Of a stretch of 64,000 nucleotides of DNA, positions 13,065-26,335 are shown one piece after another. Made by a program: the position numbers and the translations under genes. Location of the stretch: the NCBI GenBank assembly GCA_964016885.1, contig OZ024740.1:177382001-177446000 (forward strand), read 5' to 3'. Source of the stretch: Eledone cirrhosa. Lineage: Eukaryota. The notes under the pieces were generated by a model. It saw nothing but the letters and a program-made list of their open reading frames with translations. It did no database searches and was not told where the DNA came from. Each line of letters starts with the position of its first letter. The stretch's first letter is position 1.

Positions 13065-14547
13065 AAATGGCCTCACTGCTACCGACATTCACCAGCTCTC
13101 ATCTCCAACAATGTGTATTTCAACTCCCTCGACCACACCTACTGACAGTCATCGAGTATACCTATGAGGTCCAGACTATCAGTTATGCCGGTCCTCACAT
13201 ATATGTACCAGCTCGAACTCAAAGTTCTCACCCATGGCATTCCTGCACCTTTTTTGGGAGACATGCGAATGAGATCCTTATACTCCCCGCTTTCCGTGAG
13301 GAGGCTAACAAGATACACGAGGCATGCGAAAATACAGATAACTAAATTAGATTCAGCATGAAACCTCCCAACGACAACGGATCCCTCCCGCTTCTCAACT
13401 TCTAACTGAGAGTTAGAGAAGGGGAAGAAGTCCACCCCGATTTCAAAAGGAAAGTAATCAGTGGAACCCTGTTCGTCTATTACAAATCTGCTTTCCATAA
13501 CTGTGTCAAGTCAATACGTGTGTAATGAAATCGACCGCATCTAAGATATTCAGGGACACCATGAATGGGACTCCTCACAATAGGCAGTACAGTAAATTGT
13601 TGAAAACCAGTGTTTATCCAACATTCTTTACCGAAAAAAAAAAAAATCAGGGCCCAAAATCCTTGAAAAACATTGACAAGAGATGACCACCTAAATTACG
13701 ACCACAGCAAACCAACTATTACATTTTTGTCGGTTACTACCACAACTGCTGCTGACCATTTGCTATTACTCTGTAATAACAAGATTAAACTCCACTGACA
13801 TCTATGCATGCACTCAATACGCACGTGGCCTTACCAGGTCCGACATGAACTAAAGTGATGTGGAGGACTAATACAACTCTTCAGAGCTCCTTAGATACTC
13901 CCTTGAAAATTGATTTTTTTCTTCTTTCGAAATAAATATTGCCAAGATAACATTCTATAATTTGTCCTTCTTTCTTACTATTCATTTTCGACGTCTCTCC
14001 TTCTTTATTCGGCTTCACATCCACATTTGCATTGTAGTGACTTTCAAAACTTACCAATATATATAGTGATGGTGGGGATGGTGGTGCAAATGGAATGCCT
14101 TTGATCTATTGACTAATGTCATTAATTGCGCCATTTAATTTAATTACAACAGAAAATCGAAAGTGAATTGTAATATGTTTCATCAAAAGACGTATTTCTA
14201 GTCCTGAAATGTTCAATAAATAAATAAATAAATAAATAGTAGCTGCACATGATTGTTTCTTTCCCTTTTTTTACATTAGCCTTACAGATTTGTCCTTAAT
14301 ACGACAGTGACAATAGCCTTAAACGCTGAAGATGCTTTCCAGATTTCATCAGCCTTTATCTATCTCCATGGCATACACGTTGACAAATGATAGAAACTAC
14401 ACAGTGAAAATGGAGGAGAGGCTCAGAAAATCTGAGGTAGAGGAAGCGAACTACATGTATAGATGGGTAGAAGAATAGTTAGTTAGGTAGATAGGTACAT
14501 ACATACTGACATACAGTACACGCACTCACACACATATATACATAAAG

Positions 14548-14636
<89 letters not shown>

Positions 14637-14725
14637 AAGAAAGAGAGTTGCAGATATATACAAAGGTAAGTAAATACATATACAGGTAGATAGAAACAGA
14701 TAAATAGAGAGAGACTGATAGAAAC

Positions 14726-14781
<56 letters not shown>

Positions 14782-14812
14782 TAATAGCTAGCAATGTAGA
14801 TAGATAGATAGA
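14548..14812. repeat. (GA)n/(GATA)n microsatellite
   Basis: Seen directly. Confidence 0.95.
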
Positions 14813-15367
14813 CAAATTTATATATCAAATCAGGATATTTGGGAGAAAAGAGTGAGAAAGATGAAAGGAACAAGATAAAGAAGACGTTACAGAGGGGATG
14901 AAGTGTTTAATTTGCGAAGGGTGATGCATGTGGTGACTGGCTTCACCTCCCATTATGACCAAACTTGACGGAAAAGAAAAAAAAAATTATTAGTCGGTCG
15001 TTCGGATTTTTAAGGTCGCGTGCTTATGTGACGAGGACACGTTTGTTAATCCGATTAAAGTATTAAAAGAATAGAAGAGAGAAAATGAATAAGCAAAGCA
15101 AAGGAAAAAATATAAACGATGATTTACGAGAAAGAAAAACATTATAAAATACATTTAAAAAATTATATATATATTTACTCAAAGCTAATTAAAATAAATA
15201 AGAAAGAGAGAAAATGAAACTAAAATCAAAATACAAACTTCGAAAATTGATAAAGAGCAGGAAAAAGAAGAAACGCATTTAAAGAAATGTAGCATAAAAC
15301 CTGAACAAAAAACTGATAGAAATAAATTATAATAGAGAAATCTGAGAGTTGTATGTGTGTGTATATG

Positions 15368-15472
<105 letters not shown>

Positions 15473-15554
15473 GTGGTAGCTATGGTGCTTCCGTAGGCGG
15501 TATGCCAAAATTAGCACTCGATATTCATCAGAGTAGAGTGTAGATATTACCAAG

Positions 15555-15830
15555 AAAACGAAAAATCAGTGATGCATCTGGACTTAGTTTATTTCGTGTT
15601 ACAAATGTTTCGCCGACATGTAGCTCGAGTCATGGTCCTTGTATGGATCTGGCTGATTCTACTTCTGCCGGTACTTTCAGACACGTCTGTTATGTCCGGA
15701 GCAAATTTTATCACCCGCAGAAGTAGAATCAGCCAGATCCATACAAGGACCATGACTCGAGCTACATGCCGGCGAAACATTTGTAACACGAAATAAACTA
15801 AGTCCAGATGCATCACTGATTTTTCGTTTT
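15555..15830. repeat. Fold-back inverted repeat, 114-bp arms, 48-nt spacer, followed by (TA)n
   Basis: 15555-15668 is the reverse complement of 15717-15830 with one mismatch. Confidence 0.95.
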
Positions 15831-16959
15831 TTTGATAATATATATATATATGCAGAATGTCCCCCAAAAATGTACACACTTTTCAACATCATTCTAATAA
15901 ATATTCCCTGTACAAGTAATCAAAGTGTGTATACTTTTTGGGGGAGGAGACTGTATATGTATATATGTATGTTTGTGTGTACATACGTATGTATGCATGT
16001 ATGTTTGTATGTGTATGTATGATGTATGTATGTAGTATGTATGTATGTAGTATGTATGTATGTATGTATGTATGTATGTATGTAGTATGTATGTATGTAT
16101 GTATGTGTTTGTGTGTATACGTACATACTTATTCACACAAACACATACATATATATATTTATATAAAGAGAAGCGGGAGGAGAAATCAAGAGCCAGATAT
16201 ATAAAATCACTCAATTCCTTTATTCAGAGTTTCGTGCAGAAGATATATCTGCATACAATCCACGGACGTTGTAAACATTTGCTCTTCTCAGATGGAAGTA
16301 TTGTTTAAGAGGATCTAACTATATTTAAGTCAGATCTATCCAAAAAGATTATAGGGCAGTTACAATTACATTATTCCACATGTCTTTCCTTATTTTTAAG
16401 ACAGGATCATGTAATTTGAAGCAAATTTGAAGTCCCTCTCATTGACTCATTAAAAATGTTTAATGACGTCTGCCGATGACAAAATTTTGTCATTTTTGGA
16501 AACTATTTCTATTTGCTGATTATGAAGAACTTTCAAACATTCTTTATTGGTTAGAGATATGTCAATTTAGATATATTTCAGTTGTTTAGCTCTAGGTGAG
16601 TCTTGATTATCGGGCAGACCGATTTGTATTGTCAGGCAGTTTGCACAGACTATATGGTGTGATATGCGAAGAAATTCCATTATTTGTATCCGATTTCGAA
16701 ACCATGTAGAATCAGCTTTCTTTTTGGGGGTGTTCAAGCCATTGTTGTTTAATCAGTAAGGTGTATATTGACTATGTGAAGGTGGTAAGAAACCGAACAT
16801 ATTGGACTACAAATTCACAAAAGAAAGACAGAATTTCTGTAGTCAAAGTATATGTGCTGAACTAGTAAAACTGGCCGGCATTTTACATGAAAAAGAGGAG
16901 GAGGGGGAGGAGGAATTTACATATATGTGCAGTGTCGACAAAATAAAGGTGGCACAGCT

Positions 16960-17335
16960 GAAGACTTTAAGGTAAAAACTGGTGATGTAAAATCAGCATT
17001 CCTCTATTTCAAGATGATCTATATTCTAGAACACGGGACGTCTGACCATACCCACACAAATTAAAATATAAAGATAAGATTGTCCTACTTTATGAGAAAG
17101 TATTCCGTAAAACTGCCAAAAATCCATTTAAGAAGGTGCAGGCCTTCATAAACAGTTGTCTGAGTAGAATCCTCTGCATCTCCTGATCAGACACGACAAA
17201 CAACGGAGATCTTTGATTAAAGACCCATCAACTACCTCATCATACGAGATGAAGAAACTGAGACGGGGGATGGATTGGACATACATTCCGCAAGCCAATA
17301 ATGATCGTTACCAGAAAAGTCCTTACAGTGAAAAG
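16960..17335 (+). mobile_element. Decayed RTE LINE 3' fragment
   Basis: KVQAFINSCLSRILCIS..DTTNNGDL..KTHQLP..GWIGHT. Confidence 0.75.
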
Positions 17336-18129
17336 GTCGGACAATAATTAACTATCGTAGAGTTCTACTCTCGGGTAGCAACGAAATACAGAGTATGGAT
17401 CAAGGTTGAAACATATATAGAATTCATGCAAGCAACCTGTCTCAATGGGTGTAACGGGGAAAATATATCCGAAATAAAATCTAAAACTCACAGATAATGC
17501 ACATGTTTTACATGTGCCTAGATAAAAAATTATCTAAAAAATACATCTTTGAGATGAATCTAAAGGAGATGAACTTGCAGAAGAGAGTGTTGCTCTTTGC
17601 GTTCTGAGTTGAAATTTCACCGATGTCAGCTTTCTTTTTCATGCGTTTGGGCTCGATAAATGTAGTGTCACTCTAGGGCAGTGGATTGGAGGAATCATTA
17701 GAGTACCGAACTGTGTATTTGTTTCAGCTCATTGTTTTCTAAGTTCGAATTTCCCTGTAGTCAACCAGCCAACTTGAAATGGATTGCGGTCCTATATGCC
17801 CTCAACGTTAGTAAACCATATATAGTCTTTAGATGATCCGTGCTCCTCAATTTGCTCAGATAATACAATATCTGATGGTAATTTCGATCGGAACACGATA
17901 AAATAATGGCAATTACATCAACACACTGTTCAATCAAATTTTGTAATTATTAGTGGTTTGCAAAAACGAGAGAATGCAAAAGGATACATTTTGTGATATG
18001 CTCTGTCTCCTTTTGTTCCGAGTTAAAATCTCACTACAGACCTACCAACATCTAAAAACTCAATCGGGAAATACGATGAAAACGTGCCCCCATAAGGGGA
18101 GAAATGAGTCAAAATGGAGAGATTTTACA

Positions 18130-18304
18130 TAATTGTTTCTACTTTAGGCACAAGGCCAGCAATTACCCAGTGCATTACTGGTACTTTATTTTATCGACCC
18201 CGTAAGGATGAAAGGCAAAGTCAACCTCGGCGGGATTTGAACTCAGATCGTAAAGGGACGTAACTATGCTGGAAAGCATGGCGTCCGACCCTCTACCGAT
18301 ACTG
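18130..18304 (-). mobile_element. tRNA-derived SINE (young subfamily)
   Basis: Nearly identical to 42972-43147. Confidence 0.92.
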
Positions 18305-19094
18305 AAGCTATACCCATTTTCACAAGAGAAGACATCTCTCACTCCCCCCAAAGTAGGTGGGAGATGTCCCCGTCGGACGGAGAGAGTTGACAGGTCTGTC
18401 ACTAAGATCGGCTTGGGGTTTTATTCATCAGGAGACTGATAAAATATGTAACAGTCTTATCTATCTCTGCATACACATATACAAACACAAATATACATAC
18501 ATATCATATCGAGGGCAATTTAAGCAAATAAACCCCTCTCCTCAAACTACATAGCCTTGTATCCCGTTTTTTTTATTAGTCTAATATAATCTCATTTCTC
18601 TTATATTTCTACCACCTTCCATCAATTTATGAATCTTTTCTCCAATGTTTAATAAACATTCCTTCTCTGTCTTATTGCCATTGTTACGTCGATGTTTGGT
18701 ATCATTTAATAATACTATCATATAGCTTAGTATAATAATATTAGTGACTGATGACAGATCATCATATCAAATGTCATGACACAGGGTGCACTTACTTCAG
18801 AATACGGGTATTAAAGAAAAAAAAAGAAAAAAAGGAAACACTACGAATTAACATATATAGCAAGAGATTCAGAATAATTTCGTTTACGATGTAATGTGTG
18901 TATGTGTATAGAGATTGGTAAGTTAATAGATAAGTTGATACACCTACACGTCCAAACACACACAGACACATACACACACACACAAACACACACACACAAA
19001 CACACACGAACACAGAAACACACACACACACGCACACACACATATATACATATATATTACTTTTTACTTTTCTGATGTTCACAGTGTCCTATCC

Positions 19095-19097
<3 letters not shown>

Positions 19098-19132
<35 letters not shown>

Positions 19133-19179
19133 CACACACACACACACATATATATATTTATGTATATATATATATATAC

Positions 19180-19256
<77 letters not shown>

Positions 19257-19257
19257 G

Positions 19258-19338
<81 letters not shown>

Positions 19339-19468
19339 CATATATACATGTGTTATATATACATATATATATATATAACACAAACATACAAACACACATA
19401 TATATATATTTATACATACATATATACATTTATATATATGTATATATATCACACACTCGCACCCGCCC

Positions 19469-19520
<52 letters not shown>
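19098..19520. repeat. Compound (TA)n/(CA)n microsatellite
   Basis: Seen directly. Confidence 0.96.
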
Positions 19521-19522
<2 letters not shown>

Positions 19523-19892
19523 TGATAGGACACTGAGAGCATCAGAAAAGTAATAAGACTATGGGAAAATAGACAGTACCAGACGGTGGGTTCAGGGAAA
19601 TATCTTTTTTTAAAAAGGTATTATGTTATTAATATGATGTGATAATGATAGACAAGGTGTGTATAACACAAGTAATTAAAAGCATTTAAGAAGTATCATT
19701 TTCATCCTTATATAAACTGAGATGTATGTGTGTGGTGAGGAGGGAGGGAATGCTTGCATGAATCTATTGATAAGTTTTCATATGTATATATATTCTTATG
19801 TATCCGTATGGTTAAGTGTCTGTCTACTTATATGTGGTTGGCCGTGTAATTGGTACGACTGTTCGTGTTTCAGCAATGTGTGTATGTGTATT

Positions 19893-19930
<38 letters not shown>

Positions 19931-19947
19931 AATACACATACAGAAAT

Positions 19948-19978
<31 letters not shown>

Positions 19979-20063
19979 CATAAATACACATACACACACA
20001 CATATATATGTATATATATATAAAAATTGATGAGCAAAACAAACAAATATATGTGTGTGTATG

Positions 20064-20142
<79 letters not shown>

Positions 20143-20145
<3 letters not shown>

Positions 20146-20548
20146 AGGTCGCTCCTCAGCGTTACTGGTAACGTGTAACCCAGTACAAACTGTGCATGGT
20201 CGGGTCGTCGGCGACTAAAGCGGAAACTCCACCAAGCTTGCTTGGTGAGGAGGGGGATTTTGGCCAGGCTACGGGATGAAGAGCAAGACCCGTCAAAGGG
20301 CGGAGGAACTAAGGATAGTCAATAACCATCCAATAAAGTATTTATTTATTTTTTTATTTTTTTATAGGGAACTCCTCTAGGAGAAGGTCACTCTGATATA
20401 AACCCGTCTACATTGATTGCATCAAATGACGTAGACCAGTTCTTTTTGGGCAAATGCATTCGAGATGTTCAGAGAGTCATGTCCGCGATGCTCATGCTTA
20501 AGTGTCAAGTGGTGGCATTACTTGAAATCGAATTGCATCTATCATGTA
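20143..20548 (+). mobile_element. Short bipartite RTE derivative (5'UTR fused to 3' terminus)
   Basis: ctaggagaaggtcactc resembles ctagaagaaggaacactc in the RTE 5'UTR at about 61857; the last ~80 nt match the RTE 3' end at 3770-3840. Confidence 0.6.
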
Positions 20549-20549
20549 T

Positions 20550-20660
<111 letters not shown>

Positions 20661-20689
20661 TTTGTGTGTGTTTGTGAGTGCGTGTGTGT

Positions 20690-22700
20690 TTATCCCAGGT
20701 TCAATCGGGGGGTAACCACAGTAAGTAAGGTACTCAATACAAAGCAGAGTTTAAATATTTAATATAGAAAAGGCTTCTACGGGACCAGAACTGTGTCATT
20801 CGGGAGAATGTATATAAAGTTGTAGTTACTGTCTGTTTGTTTGTTCACAAACTCCTCGTATGGTTTTGGAGATAGACCCCCCACCCCCCCATAACCATAT
20901 ATATTCTGAAACTACATTGCCCAGGGTACTTGGATAAGTATATTTCATTTTAATCAAAGATTATCAATCTACATCTAAAAAAATATATTTAGAGGGGTAT
21001 CATTAGGAAAATAATGTCAAAACGTAAAAATAGTAAAAAATATATTTAAAACTTAAATAAATAATGTCAAATAGTAGAAATATTAAAAAAATTAAGAATG
21101 AAGATCATTTAAAAAATTTTAATTTAAATTTTTAAAGAAAATAGGATCATTTTGAAGGTGTATAACATATAGTCAAGTGTAATGAATATCATAAATTAAA
21201 AATACTTCTGAAAGTGGATTTTGGCGATGTCTGCAACTTGAAAATAATTCTGTTTTAAGATTAATAGGGTTTTGACAGTTAATTATATAAAAAAATTTCC
21301 TCGATACACAAGTTACAGAATCTTGAGAAAGCCATATTTCGGTATGCAGGTGCTTTCGAAATCGTTCCCCAAGATATTGAATAGTCTATATTGTTGTCTT
21401 TTAAGTTCCAAATTAAATGTGAAAGTGAAGTGGAAGATTTTTTATCGGATCTATTAAATGTGTGTTTATGGTTATATCAGCGTTCTTTGAAGTGGCACCA
21501 ATATAGTTAAATATTTTGTCTCTACTTTTAACTGTGCATTTATAAATTACGTTTTTGTCTAAGCAATTATTTTGTAAAGGGCAGTTTGATTTAATTCTAC
21601 AGTTACATTTTCTGGAGTTGTTGTTGTTCGGAACGGTACTATTATTCTGAATATTGTTGTTAGAAATATTATTATTGCTATCTTGGTTAGTTTGGTTAGG
21701 GTTTAAATTTAAGTTTCTATTATTAATTCTATTTATATTTTGTGCTATGTTCATAGTGGTAGAGTAGGATAGTTTTATAGTGTGTCTGTTAAAAATAGAG
21801 GGGTATCTGTGGGCCTTAGGAAAACATTTATCTAGTGCTATAAAAAATAGCTTTGCTAGAGGTGTTTTAACGCTTAATGAGAATGGGGGAGAGTACCAAA
21901 TAATATTTCTAGTTCTAGTTTTTTTGTTTGGTTTAGTGTTTAAGTTAAATTGTTTATTATTATTATTATAATTAATTCTAGGAAGATTTGTCATCTTATT
22001 GTTATCTATGTATTTAATTTTATTCGAGTATCCTGCTCTATGTAAAGCTTCATTGTAATATTCTGCCTTATCATCAAAAATATTTTTATTAGCAGAGATG
22101 CGTGAAATCCGTTGTTGGACGCTATGGACAATAGTGTTTTTAATATTTCTAGGGTCATTAGAATTGAAACTTACGTAATTTAGATTTTCGTTAATTTTAT
22201 GGAATGGATAGTTAAGAGCTGTGCTAAGAAGTTAACGATTTTGTAATTATTCTCGATTTCTAAATTAAGGTTGTAGTTGTTGAAAAATTGTATTATGGAT
22301 TTCCTTTTCCTATTAATTTCACTATTGCTATGGTTTTCAATTAAAAGTAACATATCGTCGCGATATAAACCTCCGGTCATCTCTGGCATTTTTCTATGCA
22401 GTACATTATTAATAAATAATCCAACGAGGTCTGTTACTTGCGCCGAGTCAGATGATCCCATAGTGATATCAAAATTGTTTTTTCTGTCGGCTCTTGTCCA
22501 GAGATGATTATTACATTTTATTAGGGTTTTACGTGCAGTTAGAATTATATTCATTTCTTCACTAGATAGGTCAGTATGTTTAGAAGCGTAGATAAGTGGC
22601 TTATTAAGTAAGCTAGGGGTAATAGAGGAGTAGTAAATTGCAATATCCATTTGAATGAATTTCTTGTTATGTTTTAATTTTATGTTTTTAAACCAATTTC
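20690..22700 (-). mobile_element. Penelope-like element (RT plus GIY-YIG pseudogene with 3' tail), probably Hydra-type
   Basis: MDIAIYYSSI, FDITMGSSDSAQVTDLVGL, GLYRDDML, RNIIWYSPPFS, CNCRIKSNCPL..NVIYKC..YIGAT; 20690-20810 matches the pLTR tail at 54370-54480. Confidence 0.92.
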
Positions 22701-22900
22701 TTCTTCCTACTCATACATACATATATCCTAATTATTTAAATTCTGCATAGCGTCTAAAATAACGTTTTACCTCAACCTCATTTGCATACGCATCCTAATA
22801 ATTTGAAATATCTTACTTTTCTTCTCTTTTCTCCAAGAAAACCTTGAACCGTTAAGGTATCTTTTCTTGGTTATGTCAATATTTATAAAACAAACATTTG

Positions 22901-22961
22901 TATTTTATCTGATGAAAGCGTACGAAAGTTATGGTACCTTTGAATTATATATAATAGAATA
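22901..22961 (+). ncRNA. Type-I hammerhead ribozyme with A15.1 to U change
   Basis: tattttat-CTGATGA-aagcgtac..gtaccttt-GAAt-tatata-TA|atagaata; 8-bp stem I. Confidence 0.7.
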
Positions 22962-23083
22962 AATATGGTTTTATAAATATAGTTTTCATTGAATATTATA
23001 CTCCAGAAAACATGTCGAGTGTTCTGAATCAGTTATAAACATTTATATTTGTTGAATTACCAACAAATTGAATATCCCTTTTG

Positions 23084-23166
<83 letters not shown>

Positions 23167-23259
23167 AAAATTAAATTAACGGTGTCATGTCGGAGAGACA
23201 TACGCCATATCCACTGTAGAATATGCTCCAAGATTCCAATGAATAGATCCGACCATTTT

Positions 23260-23348
23260 ATATTAACTAGAAATTGATTGACATATATATGTATGTTTAT
23301 TTTAGATATATATATATATATATATGTCAATCAATTTCTAGTTAATAT
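23260..23348. repeat. Inverted repeat with ~30-bp arms around a TA-rich spacer
   Basis: atattaactagaaattgattgacatatatat / atatatatgtcaatcaatttctagttaatat. Confidence 0.9.
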
Positions 23349-23584
23349 ATATATATATAGTTAAAAGAATAGAGGTGTAACACACAAGTTATTATATATT
23401 GGTAAACGGAATAGAAAATACTGACAAATTGTTCAGTGAAAAATAGTTTAATTAAGAATAAATGAGAATTAGTAATTGTATTGGTTAGTATTCAGTTTTG
23501 GTTTTAAGTTTTACCGGTTGCGTATTTCTCTCTAAATGCTTTTCAAAAATAATTTTGAGATAGAGCGTCCGTGATGTTTGCTCT

Positions 23585-24028
23585 GGAGACAATAAAATAT
23601 AATAGAAAGGAATAAAAAAAATATATAAAATTAGATAGTGAGAAATGAATTAAAAAAAACACAATGCTATCTTACAATTACAGGTTAATAAGTTGAGAAT
23701 AGAAAAAACTTGGGGGAACTGATGCTACATCGGGCCTCTGTTGCAGACATACTTTTTCCTATATATATATAGCGACAGAGGCCCGATGTAGCATCAGTTC
23801 TCCCACTCCTGTAATTTTAAGATAGAATTGGCCGAATACGTTTTACTAACTACTTATAGCAGACGTGTTAAACCCCTTTAATTCTGTATCAGTTCTGGTA
23901 CTAGTCAATTCCTATTCTCAACTTATTAACCTGTAATTGTAAGATAGCATTGTGATTTTTTTATTCATTTCTCACTATCTAATTTTATATATTTTTTAAA
24001 TTTATTTCTATTATCTTTTATTGTCTCC
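23585..24028. repeat. Nested imperfect inverted repeat centred on a short (AT)n
   Basis: 23585-23702 pairs with 23912-24028; 23711-23744 pairs with 23772-23805. Confidence 0.9.
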
Positions 24029-24265
24029 TACTCTCATTCGATTTACCTATTCTATATCCTCCCTCCTCCATTTCATACACTATCCTTAGAATCTGCTGTA
24101 TACATATAACTTTCAACGCTTGACCGCTCCACTCACTCCCTTATTGTTCTACAGGCAAGTTCAGCCACCCCTACCTTCCACCAAATGCCATGATAGACTT
24201 ATTTGTGTTTACAACAAATTTTAACCAATCCTCTTGACAACTACAATATTCCCATATAAGGAAGT

Positions 24266-24362
24266 ACCCCCTTGACAAGTTCGGCTATTTATTCACAAGG
24301 CTAAATATTCTAATTTAGTCCAGAAATAGCCGTCGAAACGGCTTGAGCTCTGCCGTCGGGGT
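24266..24362 (+). ncRNA. Type-I hammerhead (family A) with long stem II and decayed core
   Basis: acccc(c)-ttgacaa (probably from CTGACGA)-cggctattt..aaatagccg-tc-GAAA-cggc-ttgagctct-gcc-GTC|ggggt; ~95-nt tail to (AT)n. Confidence 0.7.
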
Positions 24363-24613
24363 CATACTTTTTCATATTTCCCATTCTACTACCCTAAGTA
24401 TTGATTACTCTGGTGCATTATGGTCCATCTGGTTCCTTACAACAATTCCTTTGTTATATATATATATATATTATTTTTCCCATATCTTATGTTTAACTAT
24501 TTTCCCATTTTGATGCTATAGTCACATATATGTTATGGAATACTGTTAGCTTCTCGCTACAACAATAATTTCTATACTTTTCATTTATATATATATATAT
24601 GTATATATATATG

Positions 24614-24710
<97 letters not shown>

Positions 24711-24770
24711 AGAACCAGTAAGACCCCGACAGCTGAGCTCAAGCCGTTTCGACGGCTAATTCTGGACTAA
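24711..24770 (-). ncRNA. 3' half of family-A hammerhead
   Basis: Reverse complement reads gtcGAAAcggcttgagctcagctGTCggggtc; no CUGANGA present. Confidence 0.7.
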
Positions 24771-24771
24771 T

Positions 24772-24854
24772 TCTGTTCTGTCCCTGTTCAAATTTTTCAT
24801 TATATATATATATATATATATATATAATGAAAAATTTGAACAGGGACAGAACAG
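24772..24854. repeat. Palindrome of two PLE-type 3' tails meeting at (TA)n
   Basis: tctgttctgtccctgttcaaatttttcat-(ta)n-atgaaaaatttgaacagggacagaacaga; the same tail occurs at 47073-47150. Confidence 0.9.
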
Positions 24855-24921
24855 AGAGGCAGTACAATAAATGTTTATTAAATTCACGCTCAGGAGAGTG
24901 GGGGGGGGGTAGGGGGGGGGG

Positions 24922-24949
24922 GACGTTTCTGGCATAAGCCCTTCTTCAG
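24922..24949 (-). ncRNA. Minimal hammerhead core, stem I lost
   Basis: CTGAAGA-ag-ggc-ttat-gcc-a-GAAAC-GTC followed by poly-C. Confidence 0.6.
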
Positions 24950-25249
24950 GTGAGAAGTGTGTGGGAACAGAGTTCAAAAGGTGTGTAGGGGAGTGGTGGA
25001 GAGACATATAGCGAAAGGAAACGGTGCGAATGAAAAATTAACAAATAAAGACAAAAAATATAATAAATAAAAATAAAGCATGATCAAAATACAAGGAATG
25101 AGAAAATTTAAAAATAAAGGCATGATCAAAATAAACTGAAATTAAAAGGGGGGTAAACAGGTGGTGGAAGGGTGTGGGGTGAGTAGGGGTGGTGGCGGGT
25201 GGAGTGGGGAGAGGGAGACGGGGTGTTCGAGCGGGATATATATATATAT

Positions 25250-25292
25250 CAGAATTAGCCGTCGAAACGGCTTGAGCTCAGCCGTCGGGGCC
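25250..25292 (+). ncRNA. 3' half of family-A hammerhead
   Basis: cagaattagccgtcGAAAcggcttgagctcagccGTCgggg directly after (AT)n. Confidence 0.7.
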
Positions 25293-25534
25293 CTACTCGT
25301 TCCTTTTTTTCCTATCTTCGGTTTGCTTTTATCCTTCTATGTTGTTTACTTGTCTCACTCGCTTTACGCGATTCACTTGTCCCAATAGCTTTTTTTAGTT
25401 ATTGCTCGCACCAACCTGAGGTATATGATTTTTAATGCGATGAAATACCAATGATGGTTGGCAAATCACTGACGAGGGACTAATTTTATAATATGTAACC
25501 CATGTGCAACCACGCAGTATTCCTCTTTCTTCTC

Positions 25535-25579
<45 letters not shown>

Positions 25580-25928
25580 TAGCACAGTACCCATCAAAAA
25601 CACGAAGTTTATGGTAAAAATTATATTTAAATTAATAATTTCTTGATTCGATGTAAACATGCTTGAATCCTCAATTTTCGTTGGCCCTCTTCTAACTTAT
25701 AGTTAATTGCAATTTCGGAATTAGTTCTTCTTTTTTGGGGCTGGGGGGGGGGGGGTGTTCTACCAAACACAAACATACACGAACGCTTGGAGACTAATAT
25801 AGACAGACAGACTGAGAGGCAAACAGACACACAAACACATACTTATTAATTCTTGAAGCCATGTTTGACTTATAGTTAATGAAATGCTTAGCAATTTCAA
25901 CTTGATTGTGACAGGAGTAGCAAATCAT

Positions 25929-26335
25929 TCTTCTTCTTCTTCTTCTTCTTCTTCTTCTTCTTCTTCTTCTTCTTCTTCTTCTTCTTCTTCTTCTTCTTCT
26001 TCTTCTTCTTCTTCTTCTTCTTCTTCTTCTTCTCGGGTCAGAGTTCTCAATTACCTCTTCCAGCGGGCCCTTTCAGATGTATCCGTCTCCAAGTGGTCGG
26101 ACTGGATCTCAATGCGAGACCAACCGAGCTCATGGATGTTATACAACTATCTTGCCTGGGTCTACCTCTGAGTCTCCTGCCGGTTGGTGTTGCCCGTAAT
26201 ATCTGTCCAGTGATTCTTTCCCGAGACATTCTAACCACATGCCCATAGTATCGGAGTTGAGATCTCTCAATTCGGAGATGTAGCAGCACCAACTGAAGTG
26301 ACTCTATCATCTCCGAGCTACGCACTCTAAAGACC
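25929..26335 (-). mobile_element. RTE-type LINE 3' end with (AAG)n tail (25929-26032)
   Basis: LRIERSQLRYYGHVVRMSRERITGQILRATPTGRRLRGRPR. Confidence 0.88.

Noticed and set aside
13070-13360. Possible Jockey/I-type LINE fragment (VMPVLTY..APF)
   Set aside because: Similarity too weak to call without a search
20143-20200. HDV-like ribozyme at the RTE 5' end (cgc-tcctca-gcg)
   Set aside because: No P1 5' strand and poor P2; the fold cannot be completed by eye
25420-25449. SECIS-like AUGA..UGA motif
   Set aside because: Helix II is far too short and AUGA is not conserved in the 51840 and 8128 copies
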